Source: Trichoplax sp. H2
Lineage: Eukaryota
Direction of reading: 5' to 3'
Assembly (NCBI GenBank): GCA_003344405.1
Contig: NOWV01000100.1
Coordinates: 124,001-188,000, forward strand
Length of the DNA stretch: 64,000 nt
Part shown: piece by piece, positions 1-14,099 of the stretch
Position numbering within the stretch: the first letter of the stretch is position 1
Layout: the number at the start of each line of letters is the position of its first letter
Program-made: the position numbers and the translations under genes
The notes under the pieces: generated by a model
The model's input: the letters and a program-made list of their open reading frames with translations, nothing else
Database searches by the model: none
Told to the model about the DNA's origin: nothing

Positions 1-141
1 GATACAGAATCCAATGCAGTAAAATCTTCAGAATCACATGCAGAATCAGATACAGTAAAGGTATCAGAATCGCCTAGAGAGGATGTTGATGATATTGCCA
101 CAACATCGGATGCTAGTGAGGAACACAAACATTCAGATTAA
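1..141 (+). CDS. 3' end of an unidentified gene; acidic Ser/Glu/Asp-rich C-terminus (partial)
   Basis: Frame 1 is open from base 1 (DTESNAVKSSESHAESDTVKVSESPREDVDDIATTSDASEEHKHSD) to TAA at 139-141. The sequence is purine-rich and coding-like and is followed by AT-rich UTR-like DNA. Confidence 0.6.
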   Translation, partial: DTESNAVKSSESHAESDTVKVSESPREDVDDIATTSDASEEHKHSD

Positions 142-3100
142 ATCTCAATAAATATTGACGACTGTTATGCGCGTAGACGTGAAAATTAATTACTACCATT
201 ATTGAATGTCTATTTAATAACGTACGAATCACTCTCCTAACTTTAATAATGTAAATAAAATTACAATATATCGATTTGCTATCAGTATGTGTGGAATTGA
301 TGAGAATAAGATTGTATATAGTATACATTAAATGTGATCTACTGAACTGTATTTGCAATACAAGAAATTAGCGTCAAGTTCTATCGCAGGTGTTGTATAT
401 GTCATGTCTTGTAACCCATGTCGTAACGTTTATTATTGAGGTATTGATCATAGAAATTTTTGACTATCCTTTTCTACCCAATTTTATTAACACCAAATAG
501 GTTCATGAAAAGGAAAATTACATTCAAATCATGACTTTGTCTACAGACTGTATATACGATAAAGACTCATAATCGTACCTATAACTGACAGGCAGTATAT
601 AATATCGTTAGCATTAGATCACGAAACGTATCTACTAATACTTTAAACTTGGCACTGCTATGACTTTAAACCTGAGCAAAGATCTGTCCCATAGCGCAGT
701 ATAGCAAAACATAATTTGATAGCCTTAAGAATGTTTCTAGCCTTCGTTAATGACCGCTGGAGTTACTAGATGCACCTTAATTAGCTAATTTGAGAAGACC
801 TATCTTCTTAATGTAGTATACGCGCATTCTAAATTAGCACCCTATTATAATTTAGCTGCAAACACAGCTTTACAAAGACAAAAATAAATTTATATGTGGC
901 GCTAAGCAAATCGTAAATATGACGTCAATTAATTGATTTTAAATTTCTCAACACAATTTTAGTCATTTTTCTAAAATCTTACTACCTGCGGCCGTACTTG
1001 TTAGATGCATTACGTAATTGGACAGACTGCCACACTGTTTGCTTCCGCACAAAGAGACTGAACTATTTATATGCATCCTTATTGAGCTATTACCAACACT
1101 ATTGATGCAGTATATTCTCATATCATCTAGTGAGCTAATCTAAAGGATAAGGAAGCTGAATGTCATAAAAGAATGTAAATAAATAGTATTCCTGGGTATA
1201 GTTTTGTTAGATTTTAGACTAGCAACTATGCTTCTACGTGAATATCTCCCTTTACTGATTTTTTTTCAATCCCTTATATACCTTTGCTTATCGGATACGT
1301 AACCAAAACTCGTGCCGTGATGTAGCCGATAAGAATGAATTCAAAGAATCATGCAATTAGATAATAAGGCGCTCTAGTAATAACTCAATATAAATTCGCA
1401 ACAGCTTTTAACTACAAGTGTTCTAAAACTACGAAGGCTAAACCTTCATTGTTATTAATTTACATTTCAATACCTACTACAAGTGTCAAATATACTGTAT
1501 TAGCTATTATAGTCAAAACAGCTTCTTATTGATTGATTGATTCACAGCGCTAAGTCAATATTCTGATTCCGATTCAGTAAACATAGTATCAAATAACCAA
1601 TCACTCGGGAATAAATCTTGAATAGATTATCGTAGTGTCATGAACTCTTGATTTCAAAACTGCATGTAACTTAAACTTACTTAAAATCAACATTTTTCAC
1701 CTGTAAACAATTGATCTAATTTAGTTGGCGATGGTGGAGAATTGTACCTATCGGCCAAACAGTATAAAATACTCGAAAATTCACTTACTTAGTAGAAATT
1801 GCTGTTATAACTTTAGCAGAATCGATAAAAGGATGATGTGGTTGTCCAGTTGTATATAAGTAATCTGATCACATGATTATTTTAATTGTCTATAAAAAAA
1901 TTTAGTGCAATTTTTTCATGTATGAGTAATACTAGCTAAATATATTATTTTTTAGTCTATGATTGTATTGTATCAGTTGCAAGTAAATTGTGAACAACCA
2001 TGAAAGATACTTGTATATCGAGTTACGGTGTAAATCTTATTAACATTTTAATTTGCAATTATTTATTTCTTTATACGCGTATACCATAATATCAAGTTAG
2101 CGATGAATAACTCAAGGAGGACTTATAAATCACCAAAATAATTGCTTTTGATTATCATTAGCTAGCCTGCAACGCTAGTAATCATTTTTCTGGTTTTTAT
2201 CTCAATTTAAAAGGAAAGTAATTGTAGAAGGTAAATAAAAATATCTTTATATGTGCATATGATCAGCAGATAGTGTATAAGCATATTCCGTACGTGTTAA
2301 AATTCTCTTAGACAGCGACTGATCATACAAATTTGAATAGATAGCAAATCTTTGTGTCATATATTTTTTGTTATTATACTTATTGCAACAGGAGAAATTA
2401 CTCTTGGATAGTAACCATCATAGAAGATTTAGAAAATCTTAAAAGCTTATATATCTCACATTATCCTTACTGTATCTAACATAGCAATAACAGAAATTAT
2501 AATTGATCGTTAAAGTTTTAATACCAGCCGGCAAGAAATTTATACAAATTACCTTTGATATCTTTAGAATTGTATGATAAGTTATTCATAAGCGGTAACG
2601 GACTTGAAATTTTTTATAAATAGCAAAATAGTTTAATTATTTCATAATGTTATTCTATCTATCTTTACCATCAATAAGTAACTATTACTATAAGATAATA
2701 TATGATATAATCTATTCGCGTATTTGTATACGCGAATAAACCCCTCTGAGAATCAATCAGAATTAAATAAAATCGCTCTACTTACGATTATGGCAATAAT
2801 ATATCCTTTTATAATTAATTGAATGATAATGGTATACAGTGTGAGTATACAGTCGAAATGATTAATTAATTAACTCATTAATATTCAATCTGTCGCTAGC
2901 CTTAAAATAGGAAAACAATTCTAAAACTACAGTAATCAAAATAACAATAGAACTTAATTTACATAGTAAATGTTAATCTAACCTATCCCACATCATCAAC
3001 AATAGGACTGAATTTGAATGCTTGAAAAGTAACGACAACTAATAAATCTACATAGTGGAAATAATAGTTTCTATTACTTCTTTAATGTTTCCGACAACTA

Positions 3101-5334
3101 CGATTTTGAACAAGATATTGTGGCTATCCACTTCATGTAAATAATCGGACACTATATTGTGCTGTATCTAAGGACAATTGTTAAGGTAGAACTGTTGAAT
3201 TGATTCAATTATCCTTCTCCGTTACTTATTTACTGTCCGGCTATTGCTAGCAGTAGTGAGCAAGGGCGCCGATGGTAACAGCGTGAGAGTCGATTTTCTC
3301 TTATTATTTTGTCGTCAATAAAGTAATAACTTTATCGCTCTTCGATGTATTTCCACCGTATTTGTACGTGAAACTGCAAGTTAGCCCTGGATGACAAGCT
3401 TGAAATGCATCAAGGTAACATACATGTAATACCATAAATGAAATATATTAAAAATAAATAATTTCAAACCTATAAATATACTCTGATTTCCTGATTCTTG
3501 CATGAGGACAGATCGAGTAAATAACGACGATAGTGCATATTTATAGCTTAACTAGAAACTCACTTTAGTCTTGCAGTATCTACAATTTATCGCTAATAAC
3601 ATTACTAAGAATTGGTAACCTGGCGTTGATGTCATACTGAGAGCCTTTAAGTAACATTATAAATTTCTAAATCGCTTTCAAAGGACTCTGTTCATACGAT
3701 TTTAGCCTACAGGCTTATCTCGAGTAATTAGGATCCAGGAATTAATAACCTTCTTCATGATAATATATCGCTAAAATATTAATTAAAGCCAGATATATCG
3801 CCATTAATTACGAATATCACCGATTTATGACAATGTAGCATTAATTCCTCAACAGAATTTGCTCGGAACATAGAGACTTTCCATTTTTATTTAAGGTTTT
3901 TATCACGTCTTTATCGGCGATACGGGATCAATGTTATGAAAAAGCCCTTATTTATAAACTCTACCAATAATTTCTTAATTAATGCTATAAATTGCACTTG
4001 AAGATGACTTGAGAGAGAATGATAATATATTAGCTCTATTAATAGTATGCTTTACAACCTTAAATTTCATAAAATTTAAAATTACCGTTGCCAAACTAAG
4101 ATATTACTGTATAGACGAAAACCTTTAAAAAATGATAATTTCATATTGGTGGTGGAACAAATTAGACATATACCATCTCAGATGAAGCCGAGTCTCATTT
4201 CTAAATTGCTATGGCTACGATAAATTTATCAAATGCTATTAATTCTTGAGTTATTGATAATAAAAATTTATTCTTCAATATATCTCATAATAGAATGGAT
4301 AAATGAGTAAAGGTTGCCGTTATGTATTCTTAGTCAATATGGTACCTATTAGAATCGTTGTCTCACTTTAGGATTGCCTTAATTGAATTCTTCTATATTT
4401 TTATTTAAGTCTACTTAAAATCGTAAAAGTGAAATTTTTTCACTGTTATCCATTCAGATTACCATTCAACTATGTAACTTAATTAGCACTTTTCTTAAAT
4501 TACCAAATATTATTGTGTGGAAACTGAAAATAGTCATCAATTTTTCTACTATTCTATTCTTTGAATAAATTGTAATTTAATATTAATATATTACTACCAA
4601 TCGTAGTAAAGAGTAATAAAAGTACGTTATTATAATTGTATTGAAAAAATTTGTACGTTTTCTAAATTTATTTCATTCCTCTTTCCTTTTCATTTATTTC
4701 AGGTATATAAAATATATTCACATTTATTAATGATGCCGACTTGCTACAGCGTAACGTTTTAGATTTATTCATAGACTAAAAATGATGGAACTAAATAGAT
4801 AGCCGTGATAAGGAATAGTAGCTACAATAACAGCCTTCTATAATTTACTACTGTATATCGCTAATTTATGACTTTCTCGTTACATACAATAATATTATAT
4901 GTCAATTATTCAATTTTTTTATATCTATCATATTTCTTACTAAGTAAATAGCTCGATCAAGAAACTGATTTTATATATTAGCTATCATTGCTATTAAATT
5001 GATTACTAAATAATGATATTTCACTTTATTAATTCGGTAATTCTTGTATAAATTGATAATTTAATAATAATATCATCGATCTTTTCAATTTTTCTTCTCC
5101 TTAAGACGGAAATTGCTCCAATCTTTACCTATTAAAATGTACTGGAAAGAAAGGGCAATAATTCATAATCCGATTACCTTCATGTCAAGCTACATCATCA
5201 GCCTTAAAACTCTCCTTGAAAAAGACTAATAAATTTCAATCTAAAGATTTTCATTAAATAGTCGTTCTCACATAACCTCATAACTAAACTATTTCTAGTT
5301 GTATCGTTTAAAGTACTGAAGTCTTTTCATTAAA

Positions 5335-6411
5335 ATGAACACGTCTTGCAATGATGACAACCTTACGGCACCAATATCTTATGCTGTTACTCTGGGTGTC
5401 GCCTACGGTGTTATATTTGTATTTGCGGTTATAGGTAATCTCAGTTTAGCCATCGGGATTATTCAAAACTGGAGTAAAATGAAAACACTAATGAATGTGT
5501 TAGTGGTCAATTTAGCTATATGCGATTTGGGATTAGCCATTATTGGCATGCCTTTTACTGCAGTTCATGATATTTACTTATACAATCCCCTTGGCGCTGG
5601 ATTCTGTTTTGTATGGTTAATCGCTATGGTTGCATTTTGGTCAGCTAATATGATAACAGTAACGGGAATTGCTATTGAGCGTTTTGTTAAAATTATTCAC
5701 CCGGAAAAAGCCAAGCTACAAGCCAAAGGTGGTATTATCTTGGTAATCATATGTTGGATTATATCATTCGGCATGGCTATTCCATACGCACTTGATATTG
5801 TTAATCATTATGATAATCGCCAAGATCGTATTATATGCTATAATATCCAATCCAATTTGATTGGTCGTCGGGCATTCATCATCTTTGTATTTGTGTTCTT
5901 TTTTATCGTACCCGTTTTGGTCAATATCATGCTCTATTCCATGATTGTCTATTTCATCTATTCTAAAGCAAACGAATTAAGATCTAGAAGTGAGAATCTG
6001 CGCAAAAGAAATAGTAAAGTAGTTACAATGTTAATGATGGTTGTGGCATTATTTATATTATGCTGGTTTCCATTTCATTTATCACAATTATTACTGAAAT
6101 TCGAGCCACAAACTTTGTGCCCATTAAGTGGTCGAATTTTTATTGCCATTTGTAATTGGCTAGCGTTATCTCATTGTATGGTTAACCCTATCATATTTGC
6201 TTCTCGGAGCGAAATTTATGGTAAGGTAATGGCGGGTGTTTGTAAACGTGGAAAGAACCGAATTCATATTTCGCCATCTGTACTCAATACTGATACGCAC
6301 TCTGCTGCTGCTAATAAACAAACCATTAGAAAATATAGCCTTAATGACGATCGAAAAAATCGAATACAACCTGTGAAGTTGCGTCGTTCCGCAACTGTAC
6401 AGAAATTTTAA
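5335..6411 (+). CDS. Rhodopsin-class (class A) GPCR, peptide-receptor-like, intronless CDS
   Basis: 358 aa with seven hydrophobic segments. Motifs: GN (TM1), NLAICD (TM2), IAIERF (TM3), CW (TM4), LCWFPF (TM6), NPIIF (TM7). N-terminal N-glycosylation sequons NTS and NLT. Confidence 0.95.
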   Translation: MNTSCNDDNLTAPISYAVTLGVAYGVIFVFAVIGNLSLAIGIIQNWSKMKTLMNVLVVNLAICDLGLAIIGMPFTAVHDIYLYNPLGAGFCFVWLIAMVAFWSANMITVTGIAIERFVKIIHPEKAKLQAKGGIILVIICWIISFGMAIPYALDIVNHYDNRQDRIICYNIQSNLIGRRAFIIFVFVFFFIVPVLVNIMLYSMIVYFIYSKANELRSRSENLRKRNSKVVTMLMMVVALFILCWFPFHLSQLLLKFEPQTLCPLSGRIFIAICNWLALSHCMVNPIIFASRSEIYGKVMAGVCKRGKNRIHISPSVLNTDTHSAAANKQTIRKYSLNDDRKNRIQPVKLRRSATVQKF

Positions 6412-9041
6412 TCACTGGCTAGACTGATAGCTTATTACTTTTTTTATCGGTATTAAGTACTTCATACAACAATCTGCGCACGGTATTTAGTGTTACTAAA
6501 TTAAAATTTAAGCTTGTTTGAGACAGAATTTAGCTGACTTTTTATTCATTCGCTTTAATTATAATACATTTTAACTAGGCTAGAGGATTACAATTCGTAT
6601 CTGAGTATAGTTTACTTGCTTGATCATCTACTCTTATTCACCTTGAACTAGCAAAGATAATGTAAATAATGATCACCTTATTTGTTATTAAGTAATATAT
6701 AATTATCCTTGACTCATCGTTATATCGATCGATGCATAAAATTGAACCCTTTGCCAATTGGATAGACCTCTCTTTAGAGCAGTCTTTTGTTAAAATGGAG
6801 GTTACCCAAAAATTACTACCGCTATTACAACTGCATATACGTCGAGATTTTTCTCATTGATTAGCACTTCCTGAAGTAGTTAGAAGGAAGCAAAGGTGTA
6901 GAATATGTATACTTACAGCATTGAATTGAATTAATTAGTAAGATTTCTAATTAATTTTGATGGATAGCATAAATATGATCGATGTCATATTTATATATTT
7001 AATTGCAAAATTATACGTTGTGTGGTCCAATATAGGTAAGCAAAGAAGTTTTATGTTGCGATTCTTACAAATCACTTAATTTATCAGTGAGGCAATGTCT
7101 GTTCATGTTTTCTATTTGCAAGATAGATTTGGTAACATTTCCTAGTCTTGATTATTATTTAGTAACCCATAGCCTGTATCATAGCTTTGGGTTATACTGT
7201 CCCTGGGATACTCAAAACTTAAAAATTTTACTATTTTGTAGCTCTTGTATCCGTTACAGATTGAAAACTTATTGATTGCGATATCATACGCAGTATCTGA
7301 ATAATACTTTCTGTTACCAATACTTCCAAATCTGCATATACTGTATAAATTCGTAATTTTTAACAATTTTTTTTGAACTCTATGTTATTTAAATTAAATC
7401 TATGACTTTGTAATTTACTCGATATGTAACTCTAATAAGTTTTTACACTGGTACAATATCCAATAACTTACGATAGCAGATTTTGCTATTCTTACACAAT
7501 GGATATCATGAAATTGCTATTTTGTCAAGAGAACTGTAAATAGCCTTGATTCCTTGCATACATTGTAATTCACTTACGATTAATAGGTAATTTACAATTG
7601 TAATCTCTAACAAACTATAATGAGCTTGAGAAAGTTAATGCGATGTTTTCATTGTGTGCGAGACGATCAAAAGCGCACTTAAGCTACCTGCAATAAACTC
7701 ATCATAAAAAAATAAAGTAAATTCTATTTGCTATTTTATTCTCAAGGCGCATCTTCTCATATACTCTTCTTAGGATATAATCGCTTAAGAAAGTACCGTA
7801 CTATAAGTTAATTTTTAATGCTGATTATACGTTCTGTAATGTTTGTGATTATATTTATTTATAACTGAGTATTTATTTATAAAATACAGTTAAGGTATTA
7901 GGACATGCTTTAGAGCAGTAGTTATAGTCGTATCCAAGACAACAAGAAAACGTATTATTTTTATTTCTCATTTAAACTATAACTATATGCTAGACCTATT
8001 CGTGATCGATATATCGAGAGTGAAATCAGGATAGGCTATACTCCGTGTCAATTTTCTTCTACCAGTTCGATCTTAAAGCCAAAGTAATAATTTTACTTTG
8101 TGATCATCCATAACTGAGAGTCAATTATAGAACCTTCTATGCTAATGGACAAGGAACTGTACAAAATCTACTTCACAAGCGAAAAAGGAAAAGACGTATA
8201 AAATAAAATTAATCATGTAATTAAGCCATGGCAGGGTGTTGGAAAATTTAGACTTTCCACCATACTTTCTTGCCTTGCAGTACAGACGGACGCTAAGCCT
8301 AGATGATATTATTGCTACTCATCCATAAATAAATACTTATTCGTTATACTTTTTGTATACTAAAGTCTACCGTGGAATAAGCATTTGTCGAACTCTATGG
8401 TAGCACTTGGTCCTATACTGCTTTCTATCTGATATTTTCAGTGCCTACTTATTCATCGCCAAAATTTGATATCAAACGTAGTCCAAATTATTTGCATTCT
8501 CCGATATACTATATGTCCGTAAGAATATTGAGTCATAGCTAATGTAATCTACTACAGTTCTTCTTAGTATTGGATACAATGCTGTACGATATTATCAAGA
8601 AGAAGCTATAGCAATTGTACTTATCACCTTGTCTATTGGAGGACTTATGAAAGCCAAGCTAATTCACCTGTAATTGCTCAGGAAAACATCTGAGACTTCG
8701 CCTAAAGTAGTTTTCGAATTGTAGGAAGCTTTCTAACTAATCTCGCTAGCCAAGTATTCCTTTAAATGGATCATGTAGTAGTGGTCAAGTTACTTAAATC
8801 AACACTCTAGTTATTACAAATTTCCGTTCTTTCATGATCAGTAGCTGTTTAAAAATTAAAATTGCTTGAACATCCGTTCATTCATCTGTCATCGATGTAC
8901 CTGTCCTTGCTCAAGCGAGTTGCCTTTATCAGAGGATTGACCAAAATCTATACAAGAACGTTTATGTTGATGAGCCTTGCATCATGTTTAAATACGCATA
9001 GTAGATTAGCAACTAACGTTCGGGAAATATCACATTTAAAC

Positions 9042-11140
9042 ATGTCAGACAATACCGAATCCATCAAACCAGACACTAACGATGATGATATCATCCCTTT
9101 GGATAGTACGATCTTGTCAACAGCTAGTGAACATGGAAGTTCGCAATCGAAGACGAAGCGAATTGATGAAGTTTCACTGTCAACAAATGGTTCGACGATG
9201 TCATCGTTGCCTCTTACCTTCGCCAGCGATGCTCGTAACAGCGAAATTTTAATTACACAAGACCAGTCAAACATGATCGAAACGGTTACAGAGACTGATC
9301 TAAGTTGCCCTGCTGAAGTACCATTCTCGCAAGAATTACTTTACATGGCTGCAGGTAAGTACAGTAATTTTTACAGTTTGTATTTTATCGAGAGTATGAC
9401 GGTCATCCAAGACAGAGGCTGCAATATGGAGTCGCGTTCATGTTCCAAGAATTTTTTTCTAAACTTGCAATATTACATAGTGTCATAAAACAGCTTTCGT
9501 GATCGTTCCTGAACTAAACTATCTACTCTTAAAGGTTCCCCGACTAACTCCGGAGATCCTCAGTAAAGGAAAACTAGCTTATTCCTATACTATAGAAAAC
9601 GAGTCCAACGATAAGTTTAGGTTATTAAATATAATATTTTATTAATAACTATTACAACTTATCATGGAGTATCAAGCCCCGTAATATATAGTAACTTCAT
9701 GTTTCAAGCGTAAGATGATAGCGATATGCACCATTAAGAATGATGTGGTAGATGCCATGGTGGCCATTTGCACTGTAGATTATGTTACAGCATGCATATT
9801 AATAGTTTAGGTGTAAAGGAAACACTCGAACAGATTGATATATTGTATGAATTCTCTGCATGATAGCCGAGTAGTATTGGATGTGTAGTTTGTTACTGCA
9901 TATCAGCCAACTCACTCTGACTAAGAACGCTTCCTTAGCGATAGACAGAGAAGATATTATTTATAGCTGCTTTTATATTTACTTTCATAGCTGGAAATTT
10001 ATTATTTGTTGTCGGCAATACTAGTAAATTGCGATTCTTCTCAAAATATTTATGATCTTACTTACTGTACTTTAACGCATTAGCTTTACATGAGGATCAA
10101 GGCTTGGTGTGCGATGAACCGAATGTGTCAGCAGAACATGGCGACAAGACGTCAAAGAGAAGGAAAAGAAAAAAAGCGAAACGCGAACAACCCAATTACT
10201 TTATTTCTTTAAGACTGTATAATCGTAATATTCGTCAAGAACTCTCCAAAATTCAGGGGGAAATGATAGCTCAGGATGAACGACTAAAGTTCGCTGCTGT
10301 ATCTCCGGCTAAAATTCATATCACCCTTTTTGTAATGGCTTTAAATGCAGACGAAGAAATTACCAAGTTAGTTGTATTACGCGTGGCGATGTCTTAAAAT
10401 TATGATTAGTAATCTGCTAATATCGCTATAGTCGATGATTGATCGGATCAAAGAATTGACCAGTCGATTTTGATAGCGTTCTAGCAGCATTAGTGGCGTA
10501 ATATCTGTGAAAGCGGCATTAGCAATTGTAAAGGAACTTGATCAAAACAATTCTTCTTTTACAGAGCAGAAGTTGCCTTGAAAAGTGTAGAGATAGAATT
10601 GCAGGAATACGTATCACAACGTGAACAATCTTCTTCAATATCAATTGAAGGCATTTCAAATTTCAATCAAGGAGTTGTTTTTGCCCAAGTCAAAGATGAC
10701 GTAGGATTCGACATGCTTAAAACGATTCGAGGTAGATTAACTTTCAAATTTGATATTATTAATACGCACCTGTAAATAGGAGGTTATATTTCGATTTGTG
10801 CAGTTTTCAGGTACACCGCTGTGAATTTCTCCACGAGTTGTAACTCATTCTAATTGTGAAATATCTTTCTATAGCTAAAGTGCATAAACTATTCCTGGAA
10901 AAGAACCTAGCAAATTGTGATAGCAAACCGTTCAAACCCCATGTTACTATCTTCAAATTATCTAAAAATCCCAAGAAACTGAAGAAATTAGGTATAGCTA
11001 AATTAGACCCAAAAACTTACGAAAGCTGGAAAGATCATCATTTCGGAATTGAAAAAATGCGAGGTCTTCAATTATGTTCTATGCTTTTACCACCTGAAAA
11101 TGACGGTTTCTATCGATGTATAAGTACTATTGATTTTTAA
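9042..11140 (+). CDS. AKAP7-like 2H phosphoesterase (AKAP7_NLS / 2',5'-phosphodiesterase-type domain), 4 exons
   Basis: Exons 9042-9354, 10084-10366, 10565-10731 and 10875-11140 join in frame via GT-AG introns (phases 1, 2, 1). The protein has a basic cluster KRRKRKKAKRE followed by QPNYFISL and two HxT motifs (KIHITLF, FKPHVTIFK). The start codon is uncertain because in-frame ATGs lie further upstream. Confidence 0.85.
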
Positions 11141-12667
11141 TCATCCTCCTTTTAATTAGTTCCATATTGGTAATCGTGCACATTTTTAAAGATCTTCCAG
11201 AATAATATTAAGTTCAAGTACAACATGTTAACATACTTATGTTATGTAATGTATATAGCTATTTGGTTATCGCGAACATTACTTTAAAGTCTACCATTTT
11301 ATCGTTGAAATTAATAATAAATTATCGTTACTCTGTACACACTCAGGTACTGCTATATCCAGCCAAGTCGTCAAATACGAGTCTCAAGAGTGCTTTCTTA
11401 TATGATAAAAGTAATTGATAGCATTCATTTTATGCTGTTACCTAATTTAATCCAATACGATTGCAATCAGTCGCATACTTTTCTAATCTGCTTTCACTAA
11501 ATTTGTGAAATCAGTAAGTTTATTGCCCTTAATAATTCACTTAACTGGGAATATACCATCATTATGATATATTTTAAGTTAAGTTAAGGCAATCCATTTC
11601 AGCTACAAGTTGCATATAAAACTATAAAATGTATTATAGACTGATAGAGATACTTCACTTAGGACAAGAGTTTTTCAACTGTTTAATTGTGTGTACTCGG
11701 GTATAAAGTATTTGTATTGTTTTGGTTGAAATCCGTACTAATCTAGCTAGCCCAACATTTAATAATTGCAAGATCCTAAACATTGCAGATAGACTTTAAA
11801 AGAGTAACTCTTGAAAGTATTCCTTTATTCTTAAAATAATTTGCTGTTTGCTAGCATTCAGTATTTCTTGCTTTGCATCCATTACGTATTGTGACAAATG
11901 ATAGTCAATTTCCTTGTTTATCATTTTCTGTCGTATATTACCTTACTGTACGAGAATACCACCATTCCATCATCATGCGCCTTACTAGCAAAGGATACAT
12001 TGCAAACCATAGCATAAAATGATAGTATGACCGAGTAATTAAAATAGTGAGTGTAATACAAACTCTATAAATTGATTTCATATTAGAATGAGAAATTATT
12101 TGAAAAATACGAGTCAAAGAGGAATATTTTATAAATTTTGAAGAAGATTTACGCTACCCGCGACTGTCTATAACAAGCCCTAGATCAAGCAAACGTTGTT
12201 TAAATTTCAACACAGACTTACATCAGGTAGGTTTAGACAAGATCAAATAAATAGTAATATGCTTTAATCAGGTATGCCCTTGTTAATGTAAAAGATAATA
12301 TGAATTACTATAAGGTTCATTTTTGTGATGGTGATTTCTCCACAGTGTAGAAATAATTTAAAAGTAAAGTGTGTAAACGAGAAATTAAATCGTTATGCCT
12401 TCAATTCTACCACAAGCATAGACTAACATACGTATATTCAATATCAGCAGTAGTCCATTTTTTGTCTGCTTTCTACTGGTATTGCATATCAGGTTGTAAA
12501 TTGATTGAATTCAATTAATGCCGAGTATTATCATCCGAAAGTATACTTTTAAAGCGTACACAACATATGCAATGGACATCAATGGCACATTCAAATGAGC
12601 TCAGGTCATACACATATCCAGTTTACTACTCGTATAAAGTAGAATAATGGCATCAATACAGTGTAGG

Positions 12668-13633
12668 CTAAAGCGGAAGATTAGCTCTGGTAAAGGATGC
12701 ATTTGCTAATCTAGCTCGATCGTAGACGAATAATCCAACACAAATAATACATACAGTTATGATAGAAAACCATGACATGGCGTAGCCAAAGATAATCCAA
12801 GCAATCAACGTTGTCATGGATAATTTAATGATCTGAATGAACTGAGTTGATATTCGAGATGATTGAAAGAAAGTGATGAAGTGGAGGAGAATCCAGGCAA
12901 AGATTAATGTTGCATTCAATATTACTAAGACAGTATAAGATAGGCTGATAACACTTGATAACTTCCATACAATATTGTATTCAAAGAGGATACAATAAAC
13001 CAAGACGATGCCACAACTAATACGCGTGGTTGCATGAAGTAAGACCAACGAATCGAGCATGACTTGATGAGCTAAAGCATTCAATAAAATCAAGCCAACA
13101 CTGCTGAAGACCACGTAGAGCGCAGTGAATAGAAAGGATGAAAATGAAATTGTTTCTTGACTAATAAAGCATAAAATGACACCAGCCATAATGATACCAT
13201 AGGCAACGTACATGATCGGACTGATACTAGGTGCTCCTTTAATTTGGCGTAGTAGTATGGTGATCAATGGTATCAATGATGCAAAAGCTTCAATAAATTG
13301 TACATTGGCTACCGACAAGGCCAAATATAAGGTAGCACAAATTTGCGCTTGAACAACAGCATAAGTTAATATCTGATTATTCACCTTCGAAGGCCAATTG
13401 AATTCACTGTCTAAGGATTTACTACTATAAAACTGGCCAAATTTACTATAGCATAGCATCACATAGGAAGCCAAACTTACTACAGTTAGTAATACAAAAG
13501 TATTAAAAAACGGATAGTGATTGGATGTAATATGCATTAGCCATTTACTGGTGTTGATAAATACAACATGGATAAAAACGGATAGCGCCAAGGAGACTTT
13601 GGGGCTGTGCTCTAAAGTAGTTAAGCGTTGCAT
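12668..13633 (-). CDS. SLC35 / triose-phosphate-transporter (DMT superfamily)-like membrane transporter, intronless
   Basis: 321 aa with about 9-10 hydrophobic segments. The N-terminal 'NTSKWLM...YPFFNT' and later 'SLIPLITILL' and 'IIKLSMTTLIAWIIFG' segments resemble SLC35/TPT members. The ATG at 13633 is preceded by an in-frame stop. Confidence 0.75.
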   Translation of the reverse strand: MQRLTTLEHSPKVSLALSVFIHVVFINTSKWLMHITSNHYPFFNTFVLLTVVSLASYVMLCYSKFGQFYSSKSLDSEFNWPSKVNNQILTYAVVQAQICATLYLALSVANVQFIEAFASLIPLITILLRQIKGAPSISPIMYVAYGIIMAGVILCFISQETISFSSFLFTALYVVFSSVGLILLNALAHQVMLDSLVLLHATTRISCGIVLVYCILFEYNIVWKLSSVISLSYTVLVILNATLIFAWILLHFITFFQSSRISTQFIQIIKLSMTTLIAWIIFGYAMSWFSIITVCIICVGLFVYDRARLANASFTRANLPL

Positions 13634-14099
13634 GATGAAGGTTTACAACCGACTGTTGAAGATGGAGAGGAAAAGATTAACAAGACACATAAAGTAATGA
13701 ATCCAACATCCACAAAAAAGATATTGATTTTGAATAAGAAGCAATAATGAATGAATGCTGAAGAGAGAGATTGAAAGTTGGCAATCAAAACAATCAATCC
13801 TTTGATTCTATACCAAGTTGCAACTGTATTGGAATCTATCGACACTGATCACTCCTATCGTTGGATGACTTCAAAAGAATGGCGCAACCTTATCGTCTTT
13901 TAAAAGACAGAGAGCATTGGCTTAAAGTAATCGTTTGCTAGTAGTGGATTTTAGCCAATATTGTTGGAGTGAGTTCTGAGCCAGCACGAAGAGGGGCCAC
14001 AGCAAATCAATCGACTCCAATCAATCAAATCTGTTGCATCGGATCGATGCCACGCAAGACGGAAACAGCAGTGCCACTGCCCATTTTGCTTCCAGCCTC

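Noticed and set aside
13621-13845. 74-aa hydrophobic ORF as a frameshifted N-terminus of the SLC35-like gene
   Set aside because: It has a non-ATG start. The 321-aa ORF has its own ATG and is already a typical length for the family.
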